Under the pieces are notes generated by a model. That model was given only the letters and a program-made list of their open reading frames with translations, was not told the DNA's origin and did no database searches. A program made the translations under genes and the position numbers. A stretch of 64,000 bases of DNA, taken from contig DSCS01000018.1 in NCBI GenBank assembly GCA_011048995.1, positions 138,724-202,723 on the forward strand. Reading direction: 5' to 3'. This document shows, in pieces, positions 47,441 to 56,733 of this stretch (its first letter is position 1; the number at the start of each line of letters is the position of its first letter). Origin of the DNA: Bacillota bacterium. GTDB lineage: Bacteria; Macinerneyibacteriota; Macinerneyibacteria; Macinerneyibacteriales; DSCS01.

Positions 47441-48420
47441 TGACACGGCGTTTTTTATTTTTCCTTTTTCTTTTCATTTCGGTTTCCTGCGGGCCCCAAA
47501 AAAGTGAATTGCGCAAAGAGACGTTTCTCCCCGAAGAAAGCGGAAAAGTATCCGTTCAAAGCATCCTTCATTTAGAAGGGACTGTCGTTGCCGGGCCTTC
47601 AGAGATCATCGCCTGCGCAGGAGAAAAAGAGATCACCCTCTACCGCAACATGGAAAAAGAAGTTTTTTTATCTTTCAGAAAACCTGTCGGACGCCTTCAA
47701 TGGGGGGCTGACGGGGAACATCTCTATTTCATCGAATATGATAATTTCATCGCTCCGTTTCATTGGATGAATGCCGGAACATTGAAGCGCTATTCCCTTT
47801 TAACGGAAGAGATCCAGGTCTTGAGCCATGACGGGAATGTGTCCTTTTATACGCTTTCTGATGAGCTTCTCTATATCAGCCTGGGTTCTCTTTACCGATG
47901 TAAAGTCAATAAAGGGGGAAGCGATTGTGAAAAGATCGTCAACGGGTTTTGCGTGGCCGCCTACCCCCTGGGAAGCCGATATGCCCTTTACCGGCGCACG
48001 GAAAGGGAGATCATCGCAGTCGCCGACAAAAAAGGGAAAATTGTCGCCGAATTGGATAAGGGGCCGGTACGGAACCGCCTCCTTCCCGCCTATGCTCTTT
48101 CTGCAGAGGGAGAAGAGATCGTCCTAGATGTCCGGGGACGCAGAGAGCGTTACCGCTTGAGGGGCAAAACTTTGGAGCCTGTATCGGATGGGCTGCCTAA
48201 CCGCCCGCTCCCTGCACAGATCATCACTGCAGGGTCGATGCGCATTCGCTGGGAATTAGAAGAGGAGCAGATCACACTTTTTGCCGTCACAGGGGAAGAG
48301 GATATCTATTTGACTCATGCTCCCGGCAAACGCCCTTTGGATTTTCAGATGTGGGGGGAGTATGTCTTTTTGCGTTGGAGTGACGGAGCTTTGTTGATCC
48401 GTTTAGCGTCAGCTCTATGA
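47440..48420 (+). CDS. Lipoprotein of unknown function (beta-rich, possibly propeller-like)
   Basis: Signal peptide plus lipobox VSCG. Translationally coupled on both sides (TGATG with rng, ATGA with recG). Confidence 0.45.
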   Translation: MTRRFLFFLFLFISVSCGPQKSELRKETFLPEESGKVSVQSILHLEGTVVAGPSEIIACAGEKEITLYRNMEKEVFLSFRKPVGRLQWGADGEHLYFIEYDNFIAPFHWMNAGTLKRYSLLTEEIQVLSHDGNVSFYTLSDELLYISLGSLYRCKVNKGGSDCEKIVNGFCVAAYPLGSRYALYRRTEREIIAVADKKGKIVAELDKGPVRNRLLPAYALSAEGEEIVLDVRGRRERYRLRGKTLEPVSDGLPNRPLPAQIITAGSMRIRWELEEEQITLFAVTGEEDIYLTHAPGKRPLDFQMWGEYVFLRWSDGALLIRLASAL

Positions 48421-50459
48421 AAGAAATCTGGGAATTAAGCCGTATTCCGGTGCGTTTTATCCGGGGTGTCGGGCCGAAAAATGCCGAAAAACTCAGTAAA
48501 CTGGACATTCATTTTATTCATGACCTTTTTTTCCATCTTCCGGTGGGTTATCAAAACCGCAGCAAAATCACGCCCCTCAACCGGATCGAACCCGGGCAGT
48601 ATCAGTCTTTTATCGTGCGCCTGGGAGAATTGCGCGAATTACGCACAAAAAACGGGAGGAAAGTGGTCAATGCGGAAGCTTATGACGACTACGGCCGGCT
48701 GGAGTTGGCCTGGTTCACGTTTCCCCGCTATTTGAAAGCGTTGCTGGAGCCTCATAAAGAGTATCTTATCTTCGGGAAAACCGATTTTTACAGAGGGCGG
48801 GTTCAAATGACTCACCCTGAGATAACACCGTATGACCCGGAGACATCGCTTCCTGATCATCTTCTTCCTCTTTATCCCCTCACTGCGGGGATCACCCATG
48901 CTTATTTGCGTAAAATCATCAAAACGGTCTTTAACGATTATGAAGAATACTTACGTGAATTCTATCCTCCGGAAATAACCGCAGCACTTTCCTTGCCCGG
49001 ATTGAAAGAGGCCTTCTACCGTCTTCATTTTCCCAGAGAAGAGAAGGAAGCTCAAGAGGCGCGCAACCGGCTGGCCTTTGATGAGCTTTTCTTTTTCAAT
49101 TTGATCATGGAGCGCAGAAAAGCGGAAAAAGAACGGATTCGCAAAGCCCCGTATCGAATCACCCCTGAAAACCGTGCCCGTTTTATAAAAGCTCTTCCCT
49201 TTACTTTGACAGAGTCCCAAAACAAGGTAATCGGGGAGATCGAAGAGAATCTTTCCGGAGACAGGCTCATGTACAGGCTTCTTCAGGGAGATGTGGGATG
49301 CGGGAAGACGGTTGTGGCGGCTTATGCCCTTTACTGCGCCGTGGCCAACGGGCAGCAGGGGGCATATATGGCGCCGACAGGGGTGTTAGCCCGTCAGCAT
49401 TATGAGACTCTTTCCGCTTATCTGGACCCGTTGGGAATAGACACAGTCCTGATCACGGGAGGAATGAGCCGAAGCGCAAAAGAGGCTGCCCATGAGGAGA
49501 TCCGGACAGGAAAAGCCCGGGTCATTATCGGGACCCATGCTCTTCTTTACGATAAAGTGGAGTTTGAAAAATTGGATATGGTGATCATCGATGAACAACA
49601 TAAATTCGGCGTTGCCCAGCGCAAAAGTCTTCAGCTCAAGGGTACGATGCCCCATTATCTCATTATGACGGCGACTCCTATCCCGCGGACCACGCTCATG
49701 GCCTGGTTCGGTGATGTGGACGTCTCTTCCATTACAGCGATGCCTGCCGGGCGGGGGGAGATCAAAACGGTTCTGCGGGAAACGAGCGCCCGGGAAAAGA
49801 TCTATCAATTCGCAGAAAAAGAGCTTCAAGAGGGCAGGCAGGCTTATGCGGTCTATCCTTTAGTGGAGGACTCGGACAAAATGGATCTGCGCTCGGCAGA
49901 GACCATGTTTCAGAGAATATCAAAAAGATTCGGCCCTTCACAGGTGGCCCTGCTTCACGGCAAGATGAAAGCGGAAGAGAAGACAGACGTCTTACAGGCG
50001 TTTAAAAAGAAAAGGGTGAAGTTTTTGGTCACAACGACTGTCATCGAAGTGGGGATCGATGTCCCCGATGCTACGATCATGATCATTGAGCACCCGGAGC
50101 GTTTCGGGTTGGCGCAGCTTCATCAGTTGCGGGGGCGTATCGGACGCGGCCCTTATTCCTCTTATTGCATTCTTCTGACAGAGCCTTCCCTGTCGGAAAG
50201 CGCAGCGGAGCGGCTCCAAAAATTCGCGCATACCTTAGACGGCTTTGAGATCGCCGAGATCGACCTTTCTTACCGGGGCGGGGGGGAGATCCTGGGGCTG
50301 CGCCAGCACGGCGGGCTGATGATGAAAATAGCCCGTTTCCCCGGAGATAAAGGATTGTACAAAAAATCAAAGGCCCTGATCAAAGATCACAGGCTCTCTG
50401 CTGTAGATTTTGAGAAAGGGGCGGACTTTTTTTTCCCTGCCCGTCAAGAAGCTGAATAG
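48417..50459 (+). CDS. recG: ATP-dependent DNA helicase RecG
   Basis: Wedge domain, Walker A GDVGCGKT, DEQH, SF2 motifs. 680 aa. Confidence 0.95.
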   Translation: MKEIWELSRIPVRFIRGVGPKNAEKLSKLDIHFIHDLFFHLPVGYQNRSKITPLNRIEPGQYQSFIVRLGELRELRTKNGRKVVNAEAYDDYGRLELAWFTFPRYLKALLEPHKEYLIFGKTDFYRGRVQMTHPEITPYDPETSLPDHLLPLYPLTAGITHAYLRKIIKTVFNDYEEYLREFYPPEITAALSLPGLKEAFYRLHFPREEKEAQEARNRLAFDELFFFNLIMERRKAEKERIRKAPYRITPENRARFIKALPFTLTESQNKVIGEIEENLSGDRLMYRLLQGDVGCGKTVVAAYALYCAVANGQQGAYMAPTGVLARQHYETLSAYLDPLGIDTVLITGGMSRSAKEAAHEEIRTGKARVIIGTHALLYDKVEFEKLDMVIIDEQHKFGVAQRKSLQLKGTMPHYLIMTATPIPRTTLMAWFGDVDVSSITAMPAGRGEIKTVLRETSAREKIYQFAEKELQEGRQAYAVYPLVEDSDKMDLRSAETMFQRISKRFGPSQVALLHGKMKAEEKTDVLQAFKKKRVKFLVTTTVIEVGIDVPDATIMIIEHPERFGLAQLHQLRGRIGRGPYSSYCILLTEPSLSESAAERLQKFAHTLDGFEIAEIDLSYRGGGEILGLRQHGGLMMKIARFPGDKGLYKKSKALIKDHRLSAVDFEKGADFFFPARQEAE

Positions 50460-50463
50460 AAGC

Positions 50464-50489
50464 GGTACAAGTGAAAAATCACTTGTACC
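50464..50489. terminator. 11-bp perfect hairpin between convergent recG and the OMP gene (bidirectional terminator candidate)
   Basis: GGTACAAGTGA-AAAA-TCACTTGTACC. Overlaps the OMP stop codon. Weak U-tracts on both sides. Confidence 0.5.
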
Positions 50490-51660
50490 ACTTATCGGTT
50501 GCGGAAAAACTGATACCTATGGTAAAGAAGTTCTCCTGATACCCGTATTCTCCCCCTTCGAAATGATCTTCCAGAAGCGTTTCTCGCTGTCCGTAAGAGA
50601 GGAAAAGATCCATACGGGCGCTGCTGACGCTTTTAAAGGGGAAAAGAGATAACCCTCCGGTCAGGCCCCATTCTTTCCCTTCCTGATAAAAGCCTGTTTG
50701 AGAATAATAACCCAGACGGACGGGGATATCAAAAGTCTTCAGGTTTCCATGCCTTTTATAGGGTATTTTCAGGTCATATTCGGCTCCCACAGAGTACCGG
50801 GACATTTTCTCCAGGGGATAATCATGATATTGGGTCACCGACCAGTCAGCCGTGGAAAACTCGCCTGTAAAAGTCCATTCGCCCGGAGTGACGGAGATTC
50901 CCGCCGTCCATTGGGCCGGATAGGTGAATTCCGTGTCCGGAGGGATCTTCGCATCGTTAAAAGAGCGGGAGACCGAAATATCAAAAGACGGGTGATAAGA
51001 GATCCCCGCGCCGAATAATGAAGAGTGATAAAGCAGCCCGATATGATAACCGACGCCGCTATAGGTGTATTTCCATTTGTTGTACGTCGTGTCATTAACG
51101 AACTCTTCATTGACGATGGTATATTCATTGCGTTCATTGCCGAAGGCATAAAGGACACCGGCCCCTGCCGACAGAGAGGGGAGGATGCGCCATGCGGCTC
51201 CGAACTCCACAAAATTGATGTTTTTGTAATGGACCTCTTCCACGTAATCGTTTTCGGAAGCGTTATAATGAAGTTCAATACCCGAATTGACCGGGGAATA
51301 ATAATGGGCCGACAAAGCGACTCCCTTGACGGGAAGGGGAAAGATGATGTTCATATAGGGCATGTCAAAATCAGCTCCCGAAGGTTCGAAATCTGAAAAT
51401 CGGGCATAATCCATGGAGTACGAAGAAAAGGTCTCGCCGATATTCAGATAGATCCTGTCTTTTGTCGCGGCCAGGGCGGGATTGATCAGAGATGTATTGT
51501 ATTCATCAGCGAGAGCGACTCCTGTGCCGCCCATGGAAAAGGAACGGATATCTCCCTGAATATTATATTTGCCGAAGCTGTTCAACGCTAAAAAAGAGCC
51601 TGCCGAAAGAGACAGGGATAAAGTCAACAGAGCTATGATGAAAAGCAGGATCCGTTTCAT
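50479..51660 (-). CDS. Outer-membrane beta-barrel protein, PorV/FadL-like family (uncertain)
   Basis: Signal peptide. N-terminal motif IRSFSMGGTGVALADEYNTSLINPA, which is shared with the OMP at 62747. Alternating amphipathic beta-strands. Aromatic C-terminus. Confidence 0.5.
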   Translation of the reverse strand: MKRILLFIIALLTLSLSLSAGSFLALNSFGKYNIQGDIRSFSMGGTGVALADEYNTSLINPALAATKDRIYLNIGETFSSYSMDYARFSDFEPSGADFDMPYMNIIFPLPVKGVALSAHYYSPVNSGIELHYNASENDYVEEVHYKNINFVEFGAAWRILPSLSAGAGVLYAFGNERNEYTIVNEEFVNDTTYNKWKYTYSGVGYHIGLLYHSSLFGAGISYHPSFDISVSRSFNDAKIPPDTEFTYPAQWTAGISVTPGEWTFTGEFSTADWSVTQYHDYPLEKMSRYSVGAEYDLKIPYKRHGNLKTFDIPVRLGYYSQTGFYQEGKEWGLTGGLSLFPFKSVSSARMDLFLSYGQRETLLEDHFEGGEYGYQENFFTIGISFSATDKWYK

Positions 51661-52829
51661 TCGTTCACCTCATAATCATATTCTTCAATGTTTTTGCGGT
51701 AGACCACATGGATGGCAGGGTTGGTAAGATCCATCAAACGGAGTTGTGCCCGATAGCTTTCGGGGACAATGCCGACAGGCTGATTGTTGCGGAATGCGTA
51801 ATCCAGGGCTCCGGTAATATCCAGCGTGAACCGGGAGGATGTTTCGTCATAACCCGGAGATTGGCTGTAACGCTTCGAGTAGGAGAACGTTGACGGGTTC
51901 TCATCGGCGATCCCATAGCAGGAAAGTTTATTTGTCGTTGATTCGAGGTCATCAATATCAACACCGAAATAATGCTTCATAAGGACAGGATCGGCATTAA
52001 AGGAGAGTGTCGCTTCCAAGATATCCCAACGGTATTCCAGCGAAGAGAAGTCCGGTTTTATGACAGGGACATAACCATCTCCCAAAGCAAAGAGGCCGGG
52101 ATCGTTTTCATATTCGGGTTTATCGGAGGTGTCGGCGATATGAGCGGATACTGTCACATCGACGGATTCTTCTTCTTCACCGTAAGTGATAATGATCGCC
52201 GGTTTTTCTTCTGTTACTGTGGTAAAGGGAATCCCGAAAATGAGATGGGCCGGACTCTCTGTAAGCGTCTGGCCGGCCATGATAATGAAGCCGTGATTTT
52301 CATTCTCCTCCTGGGCCCAGTAATCAAAAAGCGAAGATATATCGATCAAAACTTCGCTGCCTTCTTCTTCCGTGACCGTGTATGAAACGGCAGCAGTAAG
52401 GTCGAAGTCGCCCCCGGGAGTCTCCCAGGGAGTGTCCTCTTCCTTGTTTTCCCATGTGGAATAGGTCCGGCTCCATGAGGTGGTCAACGGGGCAATGGTC
52501 AGATCCAATGATGAAAGATCGACTTTTGAAATCAAATAGAGACGCAATGTGTAGACAGCGGACGGATCATCGGCGATTTCCGCCGGAGCGTTACAGATCA
52601 GGCGTATCTCGGTATCCTGCGCCCGGCCGACCCAGCCTTCTTTGCTCAGAAAAGGATCGAATTGCGATATATGGGTGTAGGTCGACGTGATGTCAAGGTC
52701 GACCTCCTCCGGGGGGTGCAGATGATCATTGGTGTAATCTCCTGAAGCGGGCAGGTCGATAGGACCTTTTTTTCCGCATCCGAAGAGGACAAAAGAAATG
52801 AGAATTATCAATAAAAATGGTTTGCGCAT
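51657..52829 (-). CDS. Lipoprotein with DNRLRE-like domain
   Basis: Lipobox LFGCG. Motif LRLYLISKVDLSSLDLTIAPLTTSWSRTYSTWENKEEDTPWETPGGDF resembles the DNRLRE domain signature. Acidic. Overlaps the downstream OMP gene by 4 nt. Confidence 0.45.
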   Translation of the reverse strand: MRKPFLLIILISFVLFGCGKKGPIDLPASGDYTNDHLHPPEEVDLDITSTYTHISQFDPFLSKEGWVGRAQDTEIRLICNAPAEIADDPSAVYTLRLYLISKVDLSSLDLTIAPLTTSWSRTYSTWENKEEDTPWETPGGDFDLTAAVSYTVTEEEGSEVLIDISSLFDYWAQEENENHGFIIMAGQTLTESPAHLIFGIPFTTVTEEKPAIIITYGEEEESVDVTVSAHIADTSDKPEYENDPGLFALGDGYVPVIKPDFSSLEYRWDILEATLSFNADPVLMKHYFGVDIDDLESTTNKLSCYGIADENPSTFSYSKRYSQSPGYDETSSRFTLDITGALDYAFRNNQPVGIVPESYRAQLRLMDLTNPAIHVVYRKNIEEYDYEVNE

Positions 52830-52909
52830 GCAGGTTCCTCCTTGGTTGAACGTTACTTTATATGTTAAAAAATGTCAAGAAGCAAATAGTTCCCGTTCTT
52901 TGACCAGAG

Positions 52910-52938
52910 TTGACACTTTTTCACTCATAGGATATAAT
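52910..52938 (+). promoter_or_regulatory. Sigma70-like promoter (TTGACA, 17 nt spacer, TATAAT) only 7 nt upstream of the Nif3-like ATG; a leaderless mRNA is likely
   Basis: -35 at 52910-52915 and -10 at 52933-52938. ATG at 52946. No RBS is possible. Confidence 0.5.
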
Positions 52939-52945
52939 CAAGGGT

Positions 52946-53695
52946 ATGAAAACACAGGACTTGATTCATGATTTTGATACTCTTTTTGAGCCGGGGCGCT
53001 TCCCCGATGTCTCACAGAACGGTCTTCAGATCCAGGGGCGTCAGGAGACAGCGAAGGTCTTGTTTGCCGTGGATGCTTCTCTGGAAGCGGCGCGGAGGGC
53101 CGCCCAAGGCGGTTACGACCTTCTTGTGGTCCATCACGGCCTCTTTTGGTCACAGCCGGTGTATGTCCGCGGATATATGAAAGAGCGGCTGAAGACATTT
53201 TTGCTCAATGACGTGGGCCTTTATGCCATGCATCTGCCTTTAGACGAGCATCCTGAGCTGGGCAATAATGTCAGCCTGGCCCTGGAAGCCGGAATACGAA
53301 AAGAGGGCCCTCTTGTCTATTACAAGGGAATCCCCTTCGGCGTTAAAGGCTCTTTTGACAAACCGCAGCCTCTGGAAGAGATACGCAGAAGGCTGAGCAG
53401 CTCCTACACCGGGGGATATGTCATCGACGGGGGCAAGCCTGTCTCCACAGTCGGCGTCATCACCGGCGATGCCGGATCTCTTCTTGAGGATATTCTCCGC
53501 TCGGGAATCGATCTTTTCATCAGCGGGGAGATGACCCATGCCATGGTCCATCCCTTCACAGAAAGCGGGCTTTCGGGGCTTTTTTACGGACATTATGCCA
53601 CAGAGCGCGGCGGTATACTCCGCTTGATGGAGTATGTGCGCAGGATGTATCCCGGTATCGAGTGTGATTTTTTTGAATATGAAACCAATCTCTAA
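52946..53695 (+). CDS. Nif3-like dinuclear metal centre protein (YqfO/GTP cyclohydrolase 1 type 2 family)
   Basis: NGLQ, HH and E/H metal ligands of the Nif3 family. 249 aa. Confidence 0.8.
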   Translation: MKTQDLIHDFDTLFEPGRFPDVSQNGLQIQGRQETAKVLFAVDASLEAARRAAQGGYDLLVVHHGLFWSQPVYVRGYMKERLKTFLLNDVGLYAMHLPLDEHPELGNNVSLALEAGIRKEGPLVYYKGIPFGVKGSFDKPQPLEEIRRRLSSSYTGGYVIDGGKPVSTVGVITGDAGSLLEDILRSGIDLFISGEMTHAMVHPFTESGLSGLFYGHYATERGGILRLMEYVRRMYPGIECDFFEYETNL

Positions 53696-53704
53696 GGAGG
53701 CGAC

Positions 53705-54022
53705 ATGAAAGTCATCCATTTAAACAATGATAATTTTAAAGAGGCCGTATCGCAAAAAGGAAAGAAAGTCGTTGTCGATTTCTGGGCGGAGTGGTGTAAT
53801 CCCTGCCGCATGTTCGGCCCTATTTTTGAAAAGACAGCCGAGAATTATCAAGATGAAAATGTGGTTTTTTGCAAGGCGAATGTGGATGAGGCCAAAGACG
53901 CCGCTATGGAGTTCGACGTGATGAGTATTCCCACAGTGGCTTTATTTCAAGACGGGAAGGTGATCCGTCAAAAAGTGGGCGTTATGAATGAAAAGGCCCT
54001 TCATGATTTTATTCAGGAATAG
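53705..54022 (+). CDS. trxA: Thioredoxin
   Basis: WAEWCNPCRM active site. 105 aa. Confidence 0.9.
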   Translation: MKVIHLNNDNFKEAVSQKGKKVVVDFWAEWCNPCRMFGPIFEKTAENYQDENVVFCKANVDEAKDAAMEFDVMSIPTVALFQDGKVIRQKVGVMNEKALHDFIQE

Positions 54023-55487
54023 ATCCGGAATCGTCCTTAAAAAGGGGATCTGGGCTCTGGTGGCCGCCCTTGTCCTTTTGCTTGCAGGATTTTTGGCGGG
54101 AAAAGCGATCAGAGGAGGAGGATGGAGCAGAGAAGGTTTTTTTGCGCCTGCTTATTCCCCGTCTGCCCAGACGGTCTCCGCTGAAAGGGCCGGGGCATTG
54201 GCCGTGGCGGCTCAATCGGTTCTGCCTGCCGTGGTGAGCATCGAAACAGAGTATGAGCCCTTACAGCGGCGCTCCAATGATGCCTTTGAAAATTTTTTCC
54301 GCGATTTTTTGGGAGAACGGCGCAGCGATGAATATAACCGTAAACACAGTGTCGGAAGCGGTGTTGTGATCTCGCCTGACGGGCTGGTCCTTACGGCCGA
54401 ACATGTCGTAGAAGGAGCTTCTTCTATCTTTGCCGCTCTTCCTGACGGGCGTTACTTTCAGCTGAAATTATTGGGAGACGACCCCTTAAACGATGTCGCT
54501 CTTTTGAAAATCGACGGGGAGAGCATCCCCTATGTCGCTTTAGGGGATTCTGACATTTTAGTGCAGGGAGAATGGCTGATTGCCGCAGGCAACCCCTTCG
54601 GCCTGATGGCGGGAGACCCGCAGCCGACGATCACGGCGGGAATCGTTTCGGCCCTGATGCGGACCATTCAGATCGATGACGGGCAGGGGAAAAAGGCTTA
54701 TCACGGCCTGATCCAAACCGATGCCAGCATTAACCCCGGAAACAGCGGCGGGCCGCTGGTGAATGCCCGGGGAGAGCTTGTGGGAATCAATAACGCTATC
54801 TTTTCAACCAGTGGCGGTTCTCAGGGAATAGGGTTTGCCATTCCCGTGAACACCTGTAAAAGCAGCATTGAATCCATCTTGAAAAACGGCGAAGTCAAGC
54901 GCGGATGGCTGGGCGTCGGCGTAACGGATATGGATGAAGGGATGAAACAAAAATATCGTTTGGAAGGCGTGCAGGGAGTCATTGTGACGAAGGTCTTTCC
55001 CCAGTCGGCAGCGGAAAAAGCAGGGCTTCTCCCGGGACAGATCATCACGTCTTTTAACGGGATCTCCCTGAAGAACACCCGTTGGTGGAACGGTATTTCC
55101 ATGCGTGTCACTGCCGGGCAGGAAGTCGTTCTTTCCGTCCGGGAGGGGGGCAAGACACAGGAGCGTTCTTTTCATGCCCCGGCCTTTCTGCTTGATTCAG
55201 CCCTGAAGAATATGGGGATTCAGAACATGAAGCCGCTGACGTATGAATTTGCCATACGCCATAATATTCGTCCGGAAAAGGGGCTTGTCCTTCTGGCGCT
55301 CAATGAAAAAGGAAATCTCTATCAGGCGGGATTACGGAAAAACGATGTCCTTCGCGTCGTCGGGGGGCGAAAGATTTACGAAGAAGCCGATCTTGAAGTG
55401 GTCCTTTCCCGTCTTCTTCCGGGTGAAGAGCTGGAACTCATCGCCGAACGGCGCGGTTACTATTTTAAAACACAGATCAGGTGGTAG
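53988..55487 (+). CDS. htrA: Periplasmic serine endoprotease DegP/HtrA family (trypsin domain plus PDZ domains)
   Basis: Catalytic triad context (AEHVV, D, GNSGGPL) and two PDZ-like C-terminal domains. The start may lie a little downstream, since the 53988 start overlaps trxA by 35 nt. Confidence 0.85.
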   Translation: MKRPFMILFRNRSGIVLKKGIWALVAALVLLLAGFLAGKAIRGGGWSREGFFAPAYSPSAQTVSAERAGALAVAAQSVLPAVVSIETEYEPLQRRSNDAFENFFRDFLGERRSDEYNRKHSVGSGVVISPDGLVLTAEHVVEGASSIFAALPDGRYFQLKLLGDDPLNDVALLKIDGESIPYVALGDSDILVQGEWLIAAGNPFGLMAGDPQPTITAGIVSALMRTIQIDDGQGKKAYHGLIQTDASINPGNSGGPLVNARGELVGINNAIFSTSGGSQGIGFAIPVNTCKSSIESILKNGEVKRGWLGVGVTDMDEGMKQKYRLEGVQGVIVTKVFPQSAAEKAGLLPGQIITSFNGISLKNTRWWNGISMRVTAGQEVVLSVREGGKTQERSFHAPAFLLDSALKNMGIQNMKPLTYEFAIRHNIRPEKGLVLLALNEKGNLYQAGLRKNDVLRVVGGRKIYEEADLEVVLSRLLPGEELELIAERRGYYFKTQIRW

Positions 55488-55969
55488 ATATGACGCCGTT
55501 GAAACGTTTTTTTGTTTGTTGTCTGATTTTTTTCTTCACGGCATCTTTTCTTTTTGCCGAAGAAGAGGCTCAGGAGCGTCAAAAGGGGAAATCTCCGCTG
55601 ACGGCTCTGGCTTTGGGAATCGCCGTTCCCGGCGGGGGGGATTTTTATGCCTCCAAGCCTTTGAAAGGGGCCCTGTTCCTGGCTTTAGGCGGATTTTTCG
55701 GATATCAGGCCTATCGGCATTGGAAAGAGAGTGAAGATTATTACGGGCTTTATGAAAAAAGCAGTTCCGAGCGGGATTATGCCCGTTATGAAGAGTCTTA
55801 CGATAAGGCGCAATCCTATTTTTACTATTATCTCATCAACCTGGCGGTCAGCGTATTAGACGGCTTTGTGGAAGCCTCTTTGTCCGATTGGGCCGTTGAG
55901 AATGTCCACATTGAACAGATCCCTGCTGAAGACGGCCGGATGGCACTGACTTTGAAAAAGGAGTTTTGA
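55481..55969 (+). CDS. Small secreted/OM-associated protein, DUF5683-like
   Basis: Signal peptide. Motif SPLTALALGIAVPGGGDFYASKPLKGALFLAL is paralogous to the partial ORF at 63696 and resembles the DUF5683 core. Confidence 0.4.
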   Translation: MVDMTPLKRFFVCCLIFFFTASFLFAEEEAQERQKGKSPLTALALGIAVPGGGDFYASKPLKGALFLALGGFFGYQAYRHWKESEDYYGLYEKSSSERDYARYEESYDKAQSYFYYYLINLAVSVLDGFVEASLSDWAVENVHIEQIPAEDGRMALTLKKEF

Positions 55970-56733
55970 TGAAAACTGTTATGATGTGTTTGTTTCTTTT
56001 CTGTTTTACCGTTCTCCCCCTTATGGCCGGAGAAGTGGAGTATGCCCTGGATTTAAAAACAGATCTCACTTTTCATGAATTGACCGTTTCCGGAGCCGGC
56101 GAAGCCCTCTATATACGTCATCTGGGAAGCGGAGAAAAGAGCCTCTCCTTCCCCGTGGAAGTGATTGCCGGGGCGCGGCGGATGCAAGTGCGCATCTACC
56201 TTATCCCTCTCCTGGGCCAAAAAAGAGAGTTGACGCTGAAAAGCGCAAAAACAGAGATCCCTCTTCAAAACACAGGAGGATTCCGGGCGACTCCCTTTAT
56301 TCCCGTTAATGAAGCGCCAGAGGAACTGACCTTATCTTTTCAGGGGCCTCATCTGGGGATTCTCTCAAAGATCAGTTTTATCTACAGCGACAGTGATGAG
56401 AAAGAAATCGTCCTGAGCGGCGATTATGAAGGGGTGAACCGTCAAAAGGGCATCATTACGGCTTCCGGATTCGGCCGGTACAGCGGAGATTCTTCACCGG
56501 GGGCCGCGGCTGAGCGGGCCGCCAAGCTGGACGCTTACAGAAACCTCGGGCATCTGATCCGCGAAATGGCCAAAAAAGAAGGACTGATGATCGATGACAG
56601 CCGTTTTGAAGTGACCATAAAAGGGGCCCGTGTCGTCAAGAAAGAATTGACCAAAGAAGGAGTTGTTGTTACAGTAGGACTCTATATTAACGGGACTCCA
56701 GGGTTATCGGATATGATAAAGGAGGCATTATGA
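55966..56733 (+). CDS. Secreted protein with LPP20/FlgP-like C-terminal region (uncertain)
   Basis: Signal peptide. The C-terminal A/G-rich helix-strand segment resembles LPP20-family lipoproteins. Weak. Confidence 0.3.
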   Translation: MMKTVMMCLFLFCFTVLPLMAGEVEYALDLKTDLTFHELTVSGAGEALYIRHLGSGEKSLSFPVEVIAGARRMQVRIYLIPLLGQKRELTLKSAKTEIPLQNTGGFRATPFIPVNEAPEELTLSFQGPHLGILSKISFIYSDSDEKEIVLSGDYEGVNRQKGIITASGFGRYSGDSSPGAAAERAAKLDAYRNLGHLIREMAKKEGLMIDDSRFEVTIKGARVVKKELTKEGVVVTVGLYINGTPGLSDMIKEAL

